Shown here one piece after another: positions 27,814-36,988 of a stretch of 54,037 bases of DNA. The stretch comes from a bacterium (lineage in GTDB: Bacteria; Patescibacteriota; SICC01): the NCBI GenBank assembly GCA_030699935.1, contig JAUYKS010000014.1, positions 1 to 54,037 of the forward strand, given 5' to 3'. Numbering within the stretch: the stretch's first letter is position 1; the number at the start of each line of letters is the position of its first letter. The notes beneath the pieces were generated by a model that saw only the letters and a program-made list of their open reading frames with translations, was not told where the DNA came from and ran no database searches. Position numbers and translations under genes: made by a program.

Positions 27814-28275
27814 ATGATGAAAGACCTGAAACAGTTGATCGTCGATTACCTGAATGAGCAGAAGCTCATGCAGTTGGCGACCGACACGGACGGGAAGCCG
27901 TGGGCTTGCAGCGTTTGGTTCGGATTCGACGAGGATCTCAATATCTACTTCTTCAGCTCGACCGCGCGGCGCCACTCAAAGGAGATCGAAAATAACGGCA
28001 ACGTGGCCGGTGCCGTCGTGTTGCCGCATGAGCCGAGCGATCCGCCGCGAGGCCTTCAGTTCGAAGGCGTCGCTGAGAAGTTGACGGATCCTGACGATCT
28101 CGCCAAGGCCCGTTCCGTCTACGAAGGCAGGATTTTCGACGCCGAGCAGGTCGACGAATTTATGGCGAACCAGGAAAATCCGCACATGTTCTACCGAATC
28201 AGGCCGTCCAAGTTCGTGCTGTTCGACGTGGTGAACTTCCCGGACGACCCGCGGCAGGAATTCGAAGTAACGTAG
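27814..28275 (+). CDS. pyridoxamine 5'-phosphate oxidase-like (FMN split-barrel) protein
   Basis: MQLAT...PWACSVWF...YFFS...RHS..I..N..VAG, GLQFEG. Confidence 0.85.
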   Translation: MMKDLKQLIVDYLNEQKLMQLATDTDGKPWACSVWFGFDEDLNIYFFSSTARRHSKEIENNGNVAGAVVLPHEPSDPPRGLQFEGVAEKLTDPDDLAKARSVYEGRIFDAEQVDEFMANQENPHMFYRIRPSKFVLFDVVNFPDDPRQEFEVT

Positions 28276-28282
28276 ACGACCC

Positions 28283-28780
28283 ATGGCAAAAACTGCCCTC
28301 ATCGTCGTCGACGTTCAGAATTATTTCGTGAACGAGCACACCGCCGGGATTCCCGGCAAGGTCGTCGACTATATCCGTTCACGTAAACCGGAGACGGTTT
28401 TCTTCACGCGTTTTGTAAACAGGGAAGGTTCCAATTTCGTGAAGTCGCTTGGCTGGCGCGAGTGCATGAGCAGTCCCGACATCGATTTGCATTCGGAACT
28501 TGCCGACTTTGCCGACGAATCAAATACTTTCGACAAGACGAGCTTCTCGATCTTTCACTCGAAAGCTTTGGCGGACCGTCTGAAAGAAGCCAAAGTGACG
28601 AACATCCAACTTTGCGGTATCGACACCGATGCCTGCGTATTAGTCTCGGCGTTCGAAGCATTCGATCGAGGCTATGACGTAGAGGTTTTGGAAGAACTTA
28701 CGGGAAGCCATCATGGCAAAGGACTGTACGACTCGGCAATGGAAATCATTCGGAAAAACCTGAGGCGTAACCGTGTTTAA
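28283..28780 (+). CDS. isochorismatase family cysteine hydrolase
   Basis: TALIVVDVQNYF, KTSFSIF, CGIDTDACV...AFDRGY. Confidence 0.92.
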   Translation: MAKTALIVVDVQNYFVNEHTAGIPGKVVDYIRSRKPETVFFTRFVNREGSNFVKSLGWRECMSSPDIDLHSELADFADESNTFDKTSFSIFHSKALADRLKEAKVTNIQLCGIDTDACVLVSAFEAFDRGYDVEVLEELTGSHHGKGLYDSAMEIIRKNLRRNRV

Positions 28781-29346
28781 TGGGTTCTCGAATGTCTTTT
28801 AATCCCGAGTCCACCGCTCAGGCCGAGTACGAATTCTGGCGGGCGCATAACGACAAGGACGTGCCTCGGCTACGGGCTGCGCTGGAGTCATGGACCGGCG
28901 AGCTGTATGACCTCGATCCGGATGCGTCCACGGAAGCGGTCGAGCACCTGCTCGAAGCGACCCAGCATCACGACGTCCGGGATTGGGATGCCGCGACCAA
29001 GTGCGCCGCGGGATACTACCAAGTCGTCGCGGAGCGTTCCGGCCTGCACTTCAGTCCGCGCCGCGCCGGGGCTCTCGAAGTAAGCTGGTGGCGCATCCAT
29101 GACGACCTCGAACACGAGACCGACAAGACGCCGCTGGTAGACGCCTTCTGCGGGCTCTACGCGGAAGTCCTCGGCGTACCCCAGGACGTGATCCGGGAAT
29201 CCTGCAAGCTGAAGGCGGAAGCGACGGTCGAGCACGACCGGGCCGAGGATTCGGACACCGCTCCCGAAAAGGTCGAGGAGCATTGGGGTGCGGCTGCTCA
29301 AGCACTTGAGCAAAGTTACCGCTTGATGAAGAACTCTATCAGTTAA
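28780..29346 (+). CDS. hypothetical helical protein
   Basis: 188 aa, coupled to the upstream stop; internal repeat E..(F/W)WR.H occurs twice. Confidence 0.7.
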   Translation: MGSRMSFNPESTAQAEYEFWRAHNDKDVPRLRAALESWTGELYDLDPDASTEAVEHLLEATQHHDVRDWDAATKCAAGYYQVVAERSGLHFSPRRAGALEVSWWRIHDDLEHETDKTPLVDAFCGLYAEVLGVPQDVIRESCKLKAEATVEHDRAEDSDTAPEKVEEHWGAAAQALEQSYRLMKNSIS

Positions 29347-29360
29347 TCGTCTTTTTCAAC

Positions 29361-29984
29361 ATGACAAAACTACCCCCGCCCATTTCTCTGCAAAACCGCT
29401 ACTACGGTTTCCGACACGGTCAGAGCGAGGCCAACGTCCTGAATAAGATCATCAGTGATCCGAAAGTCGGCACCAAGCGCTTCGGCCTTTCGGACGCCGG
29501 CCGCAAACAGGTGATCGAGTCGGTGCGCGCCAACCGTGCGGTACTGGAACGGGCCGTGCTCTACTCCTCGGACTTCCTGCGGGCGAAAGAAACCGCGGAG
29601 GTAATCGCGGAAACGATAAAATCCGGGCCGAGGTCTTCGGAATCCATCCATTTCGATCGCCGACTACGCGAGCGTTTCTTCGGTGATTTTGACGGCGGAG
29701 ACCACGAAGCCTACGTCCGGGTGTGGAGCGCGGACCGGCAGTCGGCCAAAGACAGCAAGAATGGCGTCGAGCCGGTGATCCACGTCGCGGAAAGGGTTTC
29801 CGCCCTGGTCCGAGAACTTGAAAAAGAAATGACAGGTCGGGATATCGTACTTGTCGCACATGGAGACCCGTTGCAGATCACGGAAACCTGGATGCAAGGG
29901 GACGAGCTGGAGAACCACCGGGCCCATCAGTTCGACACGGCCGAGGTCCGGCCGCTTAATCCGGCCGGCGGTAACGACGTATAG
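29361..29984 (+). CDS. histidine phosphatase (phosphoglycerate mutase family)
   Basis: RHGQS, SSDFLRAKETA, LRERFFG, VAHGD. Confidence 0.92.
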   Translation: MTKLPPPISLQNRYYGFRHGQSEANVLNKIISDPKVGTKRFGLSDAGRKQVIESVRANRAVLERAVLYSSDFLRAKETAEVIAETIKSGPRSSESIHFDRRLRERFFGDFDGGDHEAYVRVWSADRQSAKDSKNGVEPVIHVAERVSALVRELEKEMTGRDIVLVAHGDPLQITETWMQGDELENHRAHQFDTAEVRPLNPAGGNDV

Positions 29985-29991
29985 TGGATTC

Positions 29992-30486
29992 ATGCAAAAG
30001 CTTTCCGGCGCCGACTTCGAACCCGTCCGGCCGTTCTTCGAAGCGGCCGCTGAAGCCGCCCAACGCGCGACCTGCCGCAAGGCGCGCTGCGGTTCGGTAA
30101 TCGTCAAAGAAGGACGCGTGATCGGCACCGGCTACAACTCGCCGCTGCTCGACAAGGAAGAGAACCGGACGTGCGACAACGACTACGACGCATCGAAGAA
30201 GCGGGCGTACGGCCGGACCTGTTGCGTCCATGCCGAGTGGCGCGCGATTCTCGATGCCAGCAAGCGATATCCCGACAAGATCGACGGCTCGACCATCTAC
30301 TTCATGCGGATCGACGACGACGGAAACTTCACCCCGGCCGGCGATCCGTTCTGTACCGTCTGTAGCCGCCTAGCGGCAGAATCCGGAATCGCCTACTTTG
30401 CGTTATGGAACGAGGACGGTGCGTACATCTATGACGCCGAAGAATACAACCGGAAGTCGTACGAGTTTTTCAGTCAGACCGTCTAA
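29992..30486 (+). CDS. dCMP deaminase-like zinc deaminase
   Basis: IGTGYN, HAEWRAI, PFCTVC. Confidence 0.85.
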   Translation: MQKLSGADFEPVRPFFEAAAEAAQRATCRKARCGSVIVKEGRVIGTGYNSPLLDKEENRTCDNDYDASKKRAYGRTCCVHAEWRAILDASKRYPDKIDGSTIYFMRIDDDGNFTPAGDPFCTVCSRLAAESGIAYFALWNEDGAYIYDAEEYNRKSYEFFSQTV

Positions 30487-30495
30487 TAGCCGGAC

Positions 30496-30888
30496 TTAAA
30501 TTCCGCTGCCGTTGTACGGGCTGACTTCGACGCCAAGCGCTTCAGATAGTGCGGCTAGGAACCGCTCATGGGTAACCAGGGCGTCGTTGTGCATCCGCTC
30601 GGGTGTTCCGTAGTTCGCTTTATTGCGCTTGATCGTAATATTGGTTCCACCCCGTGGGTGTTCTTCGCCGACCTCAACCTTTGCGCCGTCGTCACCATCC
30701 TTCATTAGCTCCCTAAGGAAGTTCAATCGTTCGCCGACCAGTACTCCGTTCGGAAACGTATACATCAAGGTGTGTCCCATCAGCTGAAAGCCGAGTTCTA
30801 CCGGAACCGGCGTTTCCGATCCTCCCTTACGTTCTGCGTGCCAATCGTAGTCACGAACAGTAGCTAGTTCCGAAGCTTGTTCTGCCAT
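30496..30888 (-). CDS. hypothetical protein
   Basis: 130-aa ORF with GAAAGG upstream; no family recognised. Confidence 0.6.
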   Translation of the reverse strand: MAEQASELATVRDYDWHAERKGGSETPVPVELGFQLMGHTLMYTFPNGVLVGERLNFLRELMKDGDDGAKVEVGEEHPRGGTNITIKRNKANYGTPERMHNDALVTHERFLAALSEALGVEVSPYNGSGI

Positions 30889-30957
30889 GCGATACCTTTC
30901 GTTATTAACAGAGAATCGTACTGTAGTCCGCGTGGCATTTCAATTATTCAGCGGCAC

Positions 30958-30990
30958 AACAAAAGAACCCCGGCCGAAACCGGGGCTCTT
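30958..30990 (-). terminator. intrinsic terminator of the RRM gene
   Basis: AAGAACCCCGG/CCGGGGCTCTT stem followed by a T-rich tail on the minus strand. Confidence 0.75.
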
Positions 30991-31011
30991 CCTTAAATCG
31001 ACGTAACCGAG

Positions 31012-31260
31012 TTACTGCCGGGGCGTTGCTTCGCGAACGGTAAGCTCTCGTCCGTCGAGCTCCTTACCGTTGAGCTCGGCGACAGCCTTGTCGGCTTGCG
31101 CGTCGTCTTCGAACTTCACGAATCCGAATCCGCGACTGCGGCCCGAATCCCGATCGGCGACGACGTTAGCTTCGGTCGGGCTGTAGGCAGCAAAATGCTG
31201 CTTCAGTCCGTCGCTGTTGGCACTCCAAGGGAGGTTACCAACGAACAGTTCCTTAGCCAT
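31012..31260 (-). CDS. RRM RNA-binding protein
   Basis: LFVGNL (RNP2), RSRGFGFV (RNP1). Confidence 0.95.
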   Translation of the reverse strand: MAKELFVGNLPWSANSDGLKQHFAAYSPTEANVVADRDSGRSRGFGFVKFEDDAQADKAVAELNGKELDGRELTVREATPRQ

Positions 31261-31422
31261 GAACGGCTCCTTTCTTTACCAGAGGAGCCTCGGACTAACC
31301 TAACACTCAAACTCTGCATTGATACGACGCGCTAAGACTACATTAACCGCATGGTTTTGGCAAATTTATGGCAAGGCAGCGATAAATCCGGTACACTGCA
31401 AGGTCTTTGTCTTAGATTAACT

Positions 31423-32244
31423 ATGAGTAAGACGGAACAATACATCGATCGGCTTGAGGTGAGCGACGAGCAAGCCGAGCTAGGTCCGGAGCGCGCGCAC
31501 GCTCCGGATGAACTAATAAACGCCGCGTCACTTGCCAGCGAAGTTCCTCGTGAAGTCTTGCTCAGTGAAGACCAAACCAGGGAAGTGGTCCACGCGCGTT
31601 GGATCGCGATGATCTTAATGAGAAGGCAAGACTACTCTACGACCGAGATCGGCAGGTATTTAGGGGGAAAAGACCATACCACTGCTATGTACGGACTACG
31701 CAAAGGGATGGCCCTGCTGGAAACGGATGCGGATTTTCAGTCGATGGTACTCGATGCTGACGCGCGTCTACAAAGCGGCGAGGCCGCTACCTCATGGATA
31801 AAAGTTTCGGAACCGGATAGCGCCGAAGCGAGCCAGCCCGAACGGAAGCGGGCGCGACGACCCAAACGGAAACGTCGCAAGCGGACCGCAGAGGAAATAG
31901 AAGCGCAACGCGGCAAGGCGCTGGAAAAGGCGAATGAGACCTACAGTCGTCGCGCCGCTCTGAAGCTGTCTATCACCAGGGGCGAATCGAACGTCGGAGA
32001 TGTCTTAAGGGATTCAGCCGTGCATGGCATGAAGTTGGTGGATTTGGTCATGTGCATTCCTCGGAAGCGTCCCCATCCTCACGCGGAACGTCCGGCTAAC
32101 TCCAAGGAGCAAGCTCGTCTAGTCTTGCTACGGTCCGGAATCAGGGACGACCGGGTGATTGAGGATCTTTCGGTAGTGGAGCGTCGTTCGTTATCGGCGA
32201 CTCTCGAGCATATGAAAATCAACTGGGCTGTTCGGGGATCATAA
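31423..32244 (+). CDS. DnaA C-terminal (domain IV) HTH fused to an mIHF-like domain
   Basis: VVHARWIAMILMR...STTEIGRYLGGKDHTTAMYG (DnaA IV); QRGKALEKAN...RRAALK..ITRG..NVGDVL..MKLVDLVMCIP...GI...RVIEDLS..ERRSL (mIHF pattern). Confidence 0.75.
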   Translation: MSKTEQYIDRLEVSDEQAELGPERAHAPDELINAASLASEVPREVLLSEDQTREVVHARWIAMILMRRQDYSTTEIGRYLGGKDHTTAMYGLRKGMALLETDADFQSMVLDADARLQSGEAATSWIKVSEPDSAEASQPERKRARRPKRKRRKRTAEEIEAQRGKALEKANETYSRRAALKLSITRGESNVGDVLRDSAVHGMKLVDLVMCIPRKRPHPHAERPANSKEQARLVLLRSGIRDDRVIEDLSVVERRSLSATLEHMKINWAVRGS

Positions 32245-32262
32245 ACTAGATAAACTAAGCCC

Positions 32263-32772
32263 ATGCCTGCCTCCAAGATCAGCGTAGATTCTGCCAAGCC
32301 GGACAAGCTTTTCTACTTCGTCTGCACGGTGATCCCGTTCCGGAAGGATGACGGCCGCTGTCTGATCTTGAAACGCGACGAGCGCGAGAAGGTCCATCCC
32401 GGCAAATGGGGCGTGCCCGGCGGCAAACTCGAGCACGGCGACCTCGACCTGGCGAGCCCGACCCGGATGAACGGCGACGTCGCCGACTTCGAAGGCGCGG
32501 TCCGCGACTTGCTCCGGCGCGAGGCCAAAGAAGAAGCTAACATCGAACTCGGCGAGGAATTCCATTTGCTCGGTGACATCGTCTTCGTGCGACCGGACGG
32601 GATTCCCGTCGTGATGCTGCAGTTTGGCGGCGAGTACGCGGGCGGCGAGGTGAAGCCGGAAGCCGGCGCTTTTACCGATTCCGCCTGGGTGAACGCCGAC
32701 GAAGTGAAGGACTACGACTGCATCGACGGCATCCACGACGAGATCGCCCGGACGATCAAGGCGTTCTCGTAG
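32263..32772 (+). CDS. NUDIX hydrolase
   Basis: WGVPGGKLE...RREAKEEANI Nudix box with an insertion. Confidence 0.88.
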   Translation: MPASKISVDSAKPDKLFYFVCTVIPFRKDDGRCLILKRDEREKVHPGKWGVPGGKLEHGDLDLASPTRMNGDVADFEGAVRDLLRREAKEEANIELGEEFHLLGDIVFVRPDGIPVVMLQFGGEYAGGEVKPEAGAFTDSAWVNADEVKDYDCIDGIHDEIARTIKAFS

Positions 32773-32795
32773 TCAAGGGCGGTATACTGTAAGCC

Positions 32796-34589
32796 GTGCT
32801 CAACCAGAAGCAGATCCAGGCCTACCAGCAACACCCCGCGTTCACCGACCCGCGGGTTTCCGCGTCCGCCTTGCGCCGCACCGTGGCGCCGGACCTCTGG
32901 CGGCTCTTGGAGATGGTCCCGGGCTTGATCACCTGGGGAATCCTACTTGGCAGCCTGGTGCTCTCGATCTTCGTGCCGCGCTGGGTGGCCTACGGCATCC
33001 TTCTCTTCGACGTCTATTGGCTGGTGAAGTCGGTGACGCTCTCCGTCAACCTGCTCCGGGCCTACCATCATCTCCGCCGTGACACGCGGATCGATTGGAG
33101 CAACCGGCTGAAGGCGCTGGAACGCAGCATCGACTCGTACGCGGCGACGCTGAGCCGGGTGATCCGCCGGATCGACGAAGGCCACACGGGACTCCGTAAG
33201 TGGCTGTGGTTCCGATGGCTCGGACTGACCGACCGCCGATTGGCCCGCGACTACCGCGACCTTCAGGCCGAGCTTTCCCAGGTCCGGGCCGCGATCGAAT
33301 CCGACGTGCCGTTGCCGCGGGCCTCGCGGATCCACCATCTGGTCTTCGTCGCGACGTATACCGAGGATCTCGAGACGCTGCGGCCCACCTTCCAGGCGAT
33401 CGTCGAGTCGGCTTACGACCCGGAGCGCCTGATCATCGTGTTGGCCACCGAGGAGCGCGACAAGGCCCGCGCCCGCGCCAACGCCCGGACGCTGAAGCGC
33501 GAGTTCGGCCGGAAGTTCAAGAAGCTCATCGTCACCGAACATCCGTCGAACATCACCGGCGAAGTGAAAGGCAAGGGCAGTAACATCAACTGGGCCGGAC
33601 GGCAGGCTCTCAAGGAGATCGACCGGCTCGGCATCCCGCATGAGGAAGTGATCGTGACGACGCTGGACGCCGACCACCGGCCGCATCCGCAGTACTTCGC
33701 GGCGCTGACCTACCAATACCTGCTGGCGCCGGACCGCCGGTACCGCAGCTTCCAGCCGACGCCGCTCTTCCACAACAATCTCTGGTACACCACGGCGATC
33801 AATCGGATCCTCTCCACCGGTACTTCCTTCTGGCACATGATCGAATCGACCCGGCCCTGGCGGCTGCGGAACTTCGCGGCGCATTCACAAGGCTTACAGA
33901 CGGTGGTCGACACCGACTTCTGGTCGATCGACACGATCGTCGAGGACGGCCAGCAGTATTGGCGGACGTACTTCCGGTACGACGGCCGGCACTTCGTGCA
34001 GCCGGTGTACGTGCCGGTCTACCAGGACGCGGTGCTCGGCGACACGTATCCGGGGACGCTCAAGGAGCAGTATCTGCAGCTGCGGCGCTGGGCGTACGGC
34101 GCGTCCGATTTTCCGTACGCCGTGATCGGCGCGTGGCGGAATCCGCGGATCCCGCTCGGCAACAAGCTGCTCCAGATCGGACGGTTCCTCGAAGGACACG
34201 TGACTTGGGCGGTCGCCCCGATCCTGATCACTTTCGTCGGTTGGTTCCCGATCTTCCTCTCGTCGTCGTTCCGCGAGACCCTGTTCGGCCAGACGCTGGC
34301 GCCGACCGCCAGCTTCATCCTGACCCTGGCGCTGATCGGCATCATCGTGACGATCCTGGTCTCGTTGCTGCTGTTGCCGCCGAAGCCGCCAGGGTACAAG
34401 GAGCGCCACAAGCTGCTCCACGTCGCGCAGTGGGTGCTGATGCCGGTGACGACGATCGTCTTCTCGAGTTTGCCGGCGATCGAATCGCAGACGCGCCTGC
34501 TGTTCGGGCGGTACCTGGAGTTCCGGGTCACCCGCAAACGGACCAAGGCGCTGCGGACGTTGGAGCGCCGGGCGAAGGCCGGCTCGTAG
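32796..34589 (+). CDS. GT2 family processive membrane glycosyltransferase
   Basis: GKGSN, TTLDAD, IVEDG, QLRRWAYG (D,D,D,QxxRW); TM helices at both ends. Confidence 0.9.
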   Translation: MLNQKQIQAYQQHPAFTDPRVSASALRRTVAPDLWRLLEMVPGLITWGILLGSLVLSIFVPRWVAYGILLFDVYWLVKSVTLSVNLLRAYHHLRRDTRIDWSNRLKALERSIDSYAATLSRVIRRIDEGHTGLRKWLWFRWLGLTDRRLARDYRDLQAELSQVRAAIESDVPLPRASRIHHLVFVATYTEDLETLRPTFQAIVESAYDPERLIIVLATEERDKARARANARTLKREFGRKFKKLIVTEHPSNITGEVKGKGSNINWAGRQALKEIDRLGIPHEEVIVTTLDADHRPHPQYFAALTYQYLLAPDRRYRSFQPTPLFHNNLWYTTAINRILSTGTSFWHMIESTRPWRLRNFAAHSQGLQTVVDTDFWSIDTIVEDGQQYWRTYFRYDGRHFVQPVYVPVYQDAVLGDTYPGTLKEQYLQLRRWAYGASDFPYAVIGAWRNPRIPLGNKLLQIGRFLEGHVTWAVAPILITFVGWFPIFLSSSFRETLFGQTLAPTASFILTLALIGIIVTILVSLLLLPPKPPGYKERHKLLHVAQWVLMPVTTIVFSSLPAIESQTRLLFGRYLEFRVTRKRTKALRTLERRAKAGS

Positions 34590-34601
34590 GCCCCTAGGGC
34601 A

Positions 34602-36950
34602 CTACCTTACCTTGAGCAGCATGTTGTAGCCGTCGTCGGGGAACCAGCCGCCGCCGTCCTGCACCAGCGAGAAGAACTCGCGGTAGTAGCCGGGCGCCGG
34701 CCGGGCCGTCAGGTACAGGTTGAACAGGGCGATCTCGCCCGGCGCGATCTCGGTCACCCCTTCGGTGACGTCCTCCGGGCCGAGGGAGCCGGACAAGTCA
34801 TCGACCCGCCCGTCGATGTTCGAGACGCGGTTCTTGCTCAGCCAAGGATCATCGACGCCGCTCAGCGTCCGGAAGGCGCTGGTCCGGTCGCGCGGATGCG
34901 TGGTGGCCAGACGGACCGGAGCGCCGGAGACCGGCCAGGTCAGCCGGCCCATGTTCTTGACCGCCACTTTGACGTTCATCACCGAGTTCCGAGCGAAGTT
35001 GGTCTGGCTGCCGCCGTAGACCGTCTTCATCACCTGGGAGTCGCGCTGCGGCAGCGCGGTGACCGGGAAGTTGATGCCGTAATCCTCGGGCAGCCAGGCG
35101 ACGCCGGGTACCACCGGGCGGACGTAGAGCTTGTACTTGCCGGCGGCCAGGTTGCTGGGGACCGTGATCGTGAAGTCGAACCGGCCGGTCTGCCCCGGCA
35201 ACACCGTGGTGGTATTGCCCGGATCGGTCACGTTCGAGTCGATCAACGACGGTCGGCTGCGCGACAACCAGGGATCCGGCCCGCTCAAAGTGGCGAAGGC
35301 GGACAGATGGTTCTTGGCCCGGTCGGTGCGGAGCTCCAGGGCGCCGCCGATCGGCCAGGACTCCCGGCCGGTGTTCTTCAGCCGCAGCGTGACGTCCTGG
35401 CTCGTCACTCCCGGGGACCAGCTGGACGGGGTCGCGGATTTGGAGACGAACGAGTAGTGGTAGCCGCGGTCGAGGATGTTGAAGAGCACCGAGCTGCCGG
35501 TATCGGCCATGTACTTCTTGCCTTCGACCACCGGCGTGAAGTACTCGCGGATGTTGCCGACCTTGTCCGGCGTCGTCGTCACGAACGAGAAGACCGCGAT
35601 CTCGCCGGTCGTGATCAGGCCGTCCTCGTCCGCGACCACGCTGTCGGTGCCCGGGTCGTAGCGCCCGTCGATTTCCGAGGGGCGGCTGCCGGCGATCCAA
35701 TTCTCGGAAGCGTCGATGTCTTCCGCGCCGATCGTCCGGAAGGCGCTGGTCCGCCCGTTAGTCCGGGCCGTCACCAGGCGGACGCGGTTCGTCCCGGCGA
35801 TCTTCCAGTCCAGCTCGCCGATGTTCTTGACCAGGATCTTCACGCTGCGGCGGTCGCCGGGCAAGAGGTCCGACGCGGAGGCCGTACTGTCGAGGTCGGT
35901 CGGTCCGGAGTCCGGATCGGTGACGTAGGTCGCGTAACGCTGGCCGCGCCAATCCGGCGGCCTGATCGTCATCGTGGCGCAAAGGCCGAGGTAGCGCATC
36001 CAGCCTACGGTCTCGACCAGAGGAGCGAAGCATTCGGAGCGGGTTCCGGTATTGCCGTTCGACTTGAACGTGGCACGGAACTGGCCCAGCCGGTTCGGCG
36101 CCGTGTCCGCCATCAGTTCGATCCGGCCCGGGGAACTCCAGCCAGCCGCCGCCCCGCCGTCGGAGAATATGCTGGTGCGGCCCGCCGGATTGGTAGCGCC
36201 GATCCGCACCGGCGTGTCGCCGCCGCGCAACCAACCTCGCCGCCCGGTGTTCCATAGCTTGAACGTCAGGACCGACTGGCCGTTGTTGTACATCCAGCGG
36301 CTGCCCGAAATCGCGGCACCGACGTAGTCGTAGTTGGAGCGCCGGTCGTTGACGTACTTGCCGGAAGGGAGCCAAGCGGCGCAACATCTCGGTTCGTAAC
36401 CATGGATGGTGGGGTCGTACGAACCGGTCGACGCCTTGTACGTCGTTTGCCGGATGCCGAAGTGCGTGTGCGGGGACCAATATCCGTTGGACGCACCCCG
36501 CGGCCCGACCGTCCCGATGCGCTGTCCCTTCTTGACCCTGGCTCCGGCCCCGACCCGTCGGTTGTTATTCAGGTGTCCGTACAAGCTGAGCACCGTCCGG
36601 CCGCTCCAGCTGTGCTGGATGACGATCAGGTTGCCCCAGCGATACGAGTTGGGAGTCCGCGCCGAATACCGCACGATGCCGTCGGCGGCGGCGTAGACCG
36701 GGATGCCGTCGTTGTGACAGACGTCCTCCGCGACGTGGTATCCCCACCCGCCGATGTATTGTCCGAACGCGTAGTTAGGAGTTCCGTACGGGAAGCAGGG
36801 GATCTGGAACGAGGAGGCGGCCTTGGCTTCAGAGGGCGCGACCGTCATCGCCAGCGCCACTACCGTAACCGCCGCCGCCGCGGTCACCGCTCCGATGATG
36901 CATGTCCGTATTCGTTTCAAGGTCAAGACCGGTCTTCCCAGTCCTATCAA
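34602..36950 (-). CDS. secreted M23 peptidase with 4 NBR1-Ig-like repeats
   Basis: Signal peptide, HVAED and HTHF zinc motifs, LYGHL; repeats KN.G...W...VRL.T..; exact start uncertain. Confidence 0.85.
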   Translation of the reverse strand: MIGLGRPVLTLKRIRTCIIGAVTAAAAVTVVALAMTVAPSEAKAASSFQIPCFPYGTPNYAFGQYIGGWGYHVAEDVCHNDGIPVYAAADGIVRYSARTPNSYRWGNLIVIQHSWSGRTVLSLYGHLNNNRRVGAGARVKKGQRIGTVGPRGASNGYWSPHTHFGIRQTTYKASTGSYDPTIHGYEPRCCAAWLPSGKYVNDRRSNYDYVGAAISGSRWMYNNGQSVLTFKLWNTGRRGWLRGGDTPVRIGATNPAGRTSIFSDGGAAAGWSSPGRIELMADTAPNRLGQFRATFKSNGNTGTRSECFAPLVETVGWMRYLGLCATMTIRPPDWRGQRYATYVTDPDSGPTDLDSTASASDLLPGDRRSVKILVKNIGELDWKIAGTNRVRLVTARTNGRTSAFRTIGAEDIDASENWIAGSRPSEIDGRYDPGTDSVVADEDGLITTGEIAVFSFVTTTPDKVGNIREYFTPVVEGKKYMADTGSSVLFNILDRGYHYSFVSKSATPSSWSPGVTSQDVTLRLKNTGRESWPIGGALELRTDRAKNHLSAFATLSGPDPWLSRSRPSLIDSNVTDPGNTTTVLPGQTGRFDFTITVPSNLAAGKYKLYVRPVVPGVAWLPEDYGINFPVTALPQRDSQVMKTVYGGSQTNFARNSVMNVKVAVKNMGRLTWPVSGAPVRLATTHPRDRTSAFRTLSGVDDPWLSKNRVSNIDGRVDDLSGSLGPEDVTEGVTEIAPGEIALFNLYLTARPAPGYYREFFSLVQDGGGWFPDDGYNMLLKVR

Positions 36951-36988
36951 ATAAGGGGCGCCGGAACAATAGGCGAATCGTCCAACGG

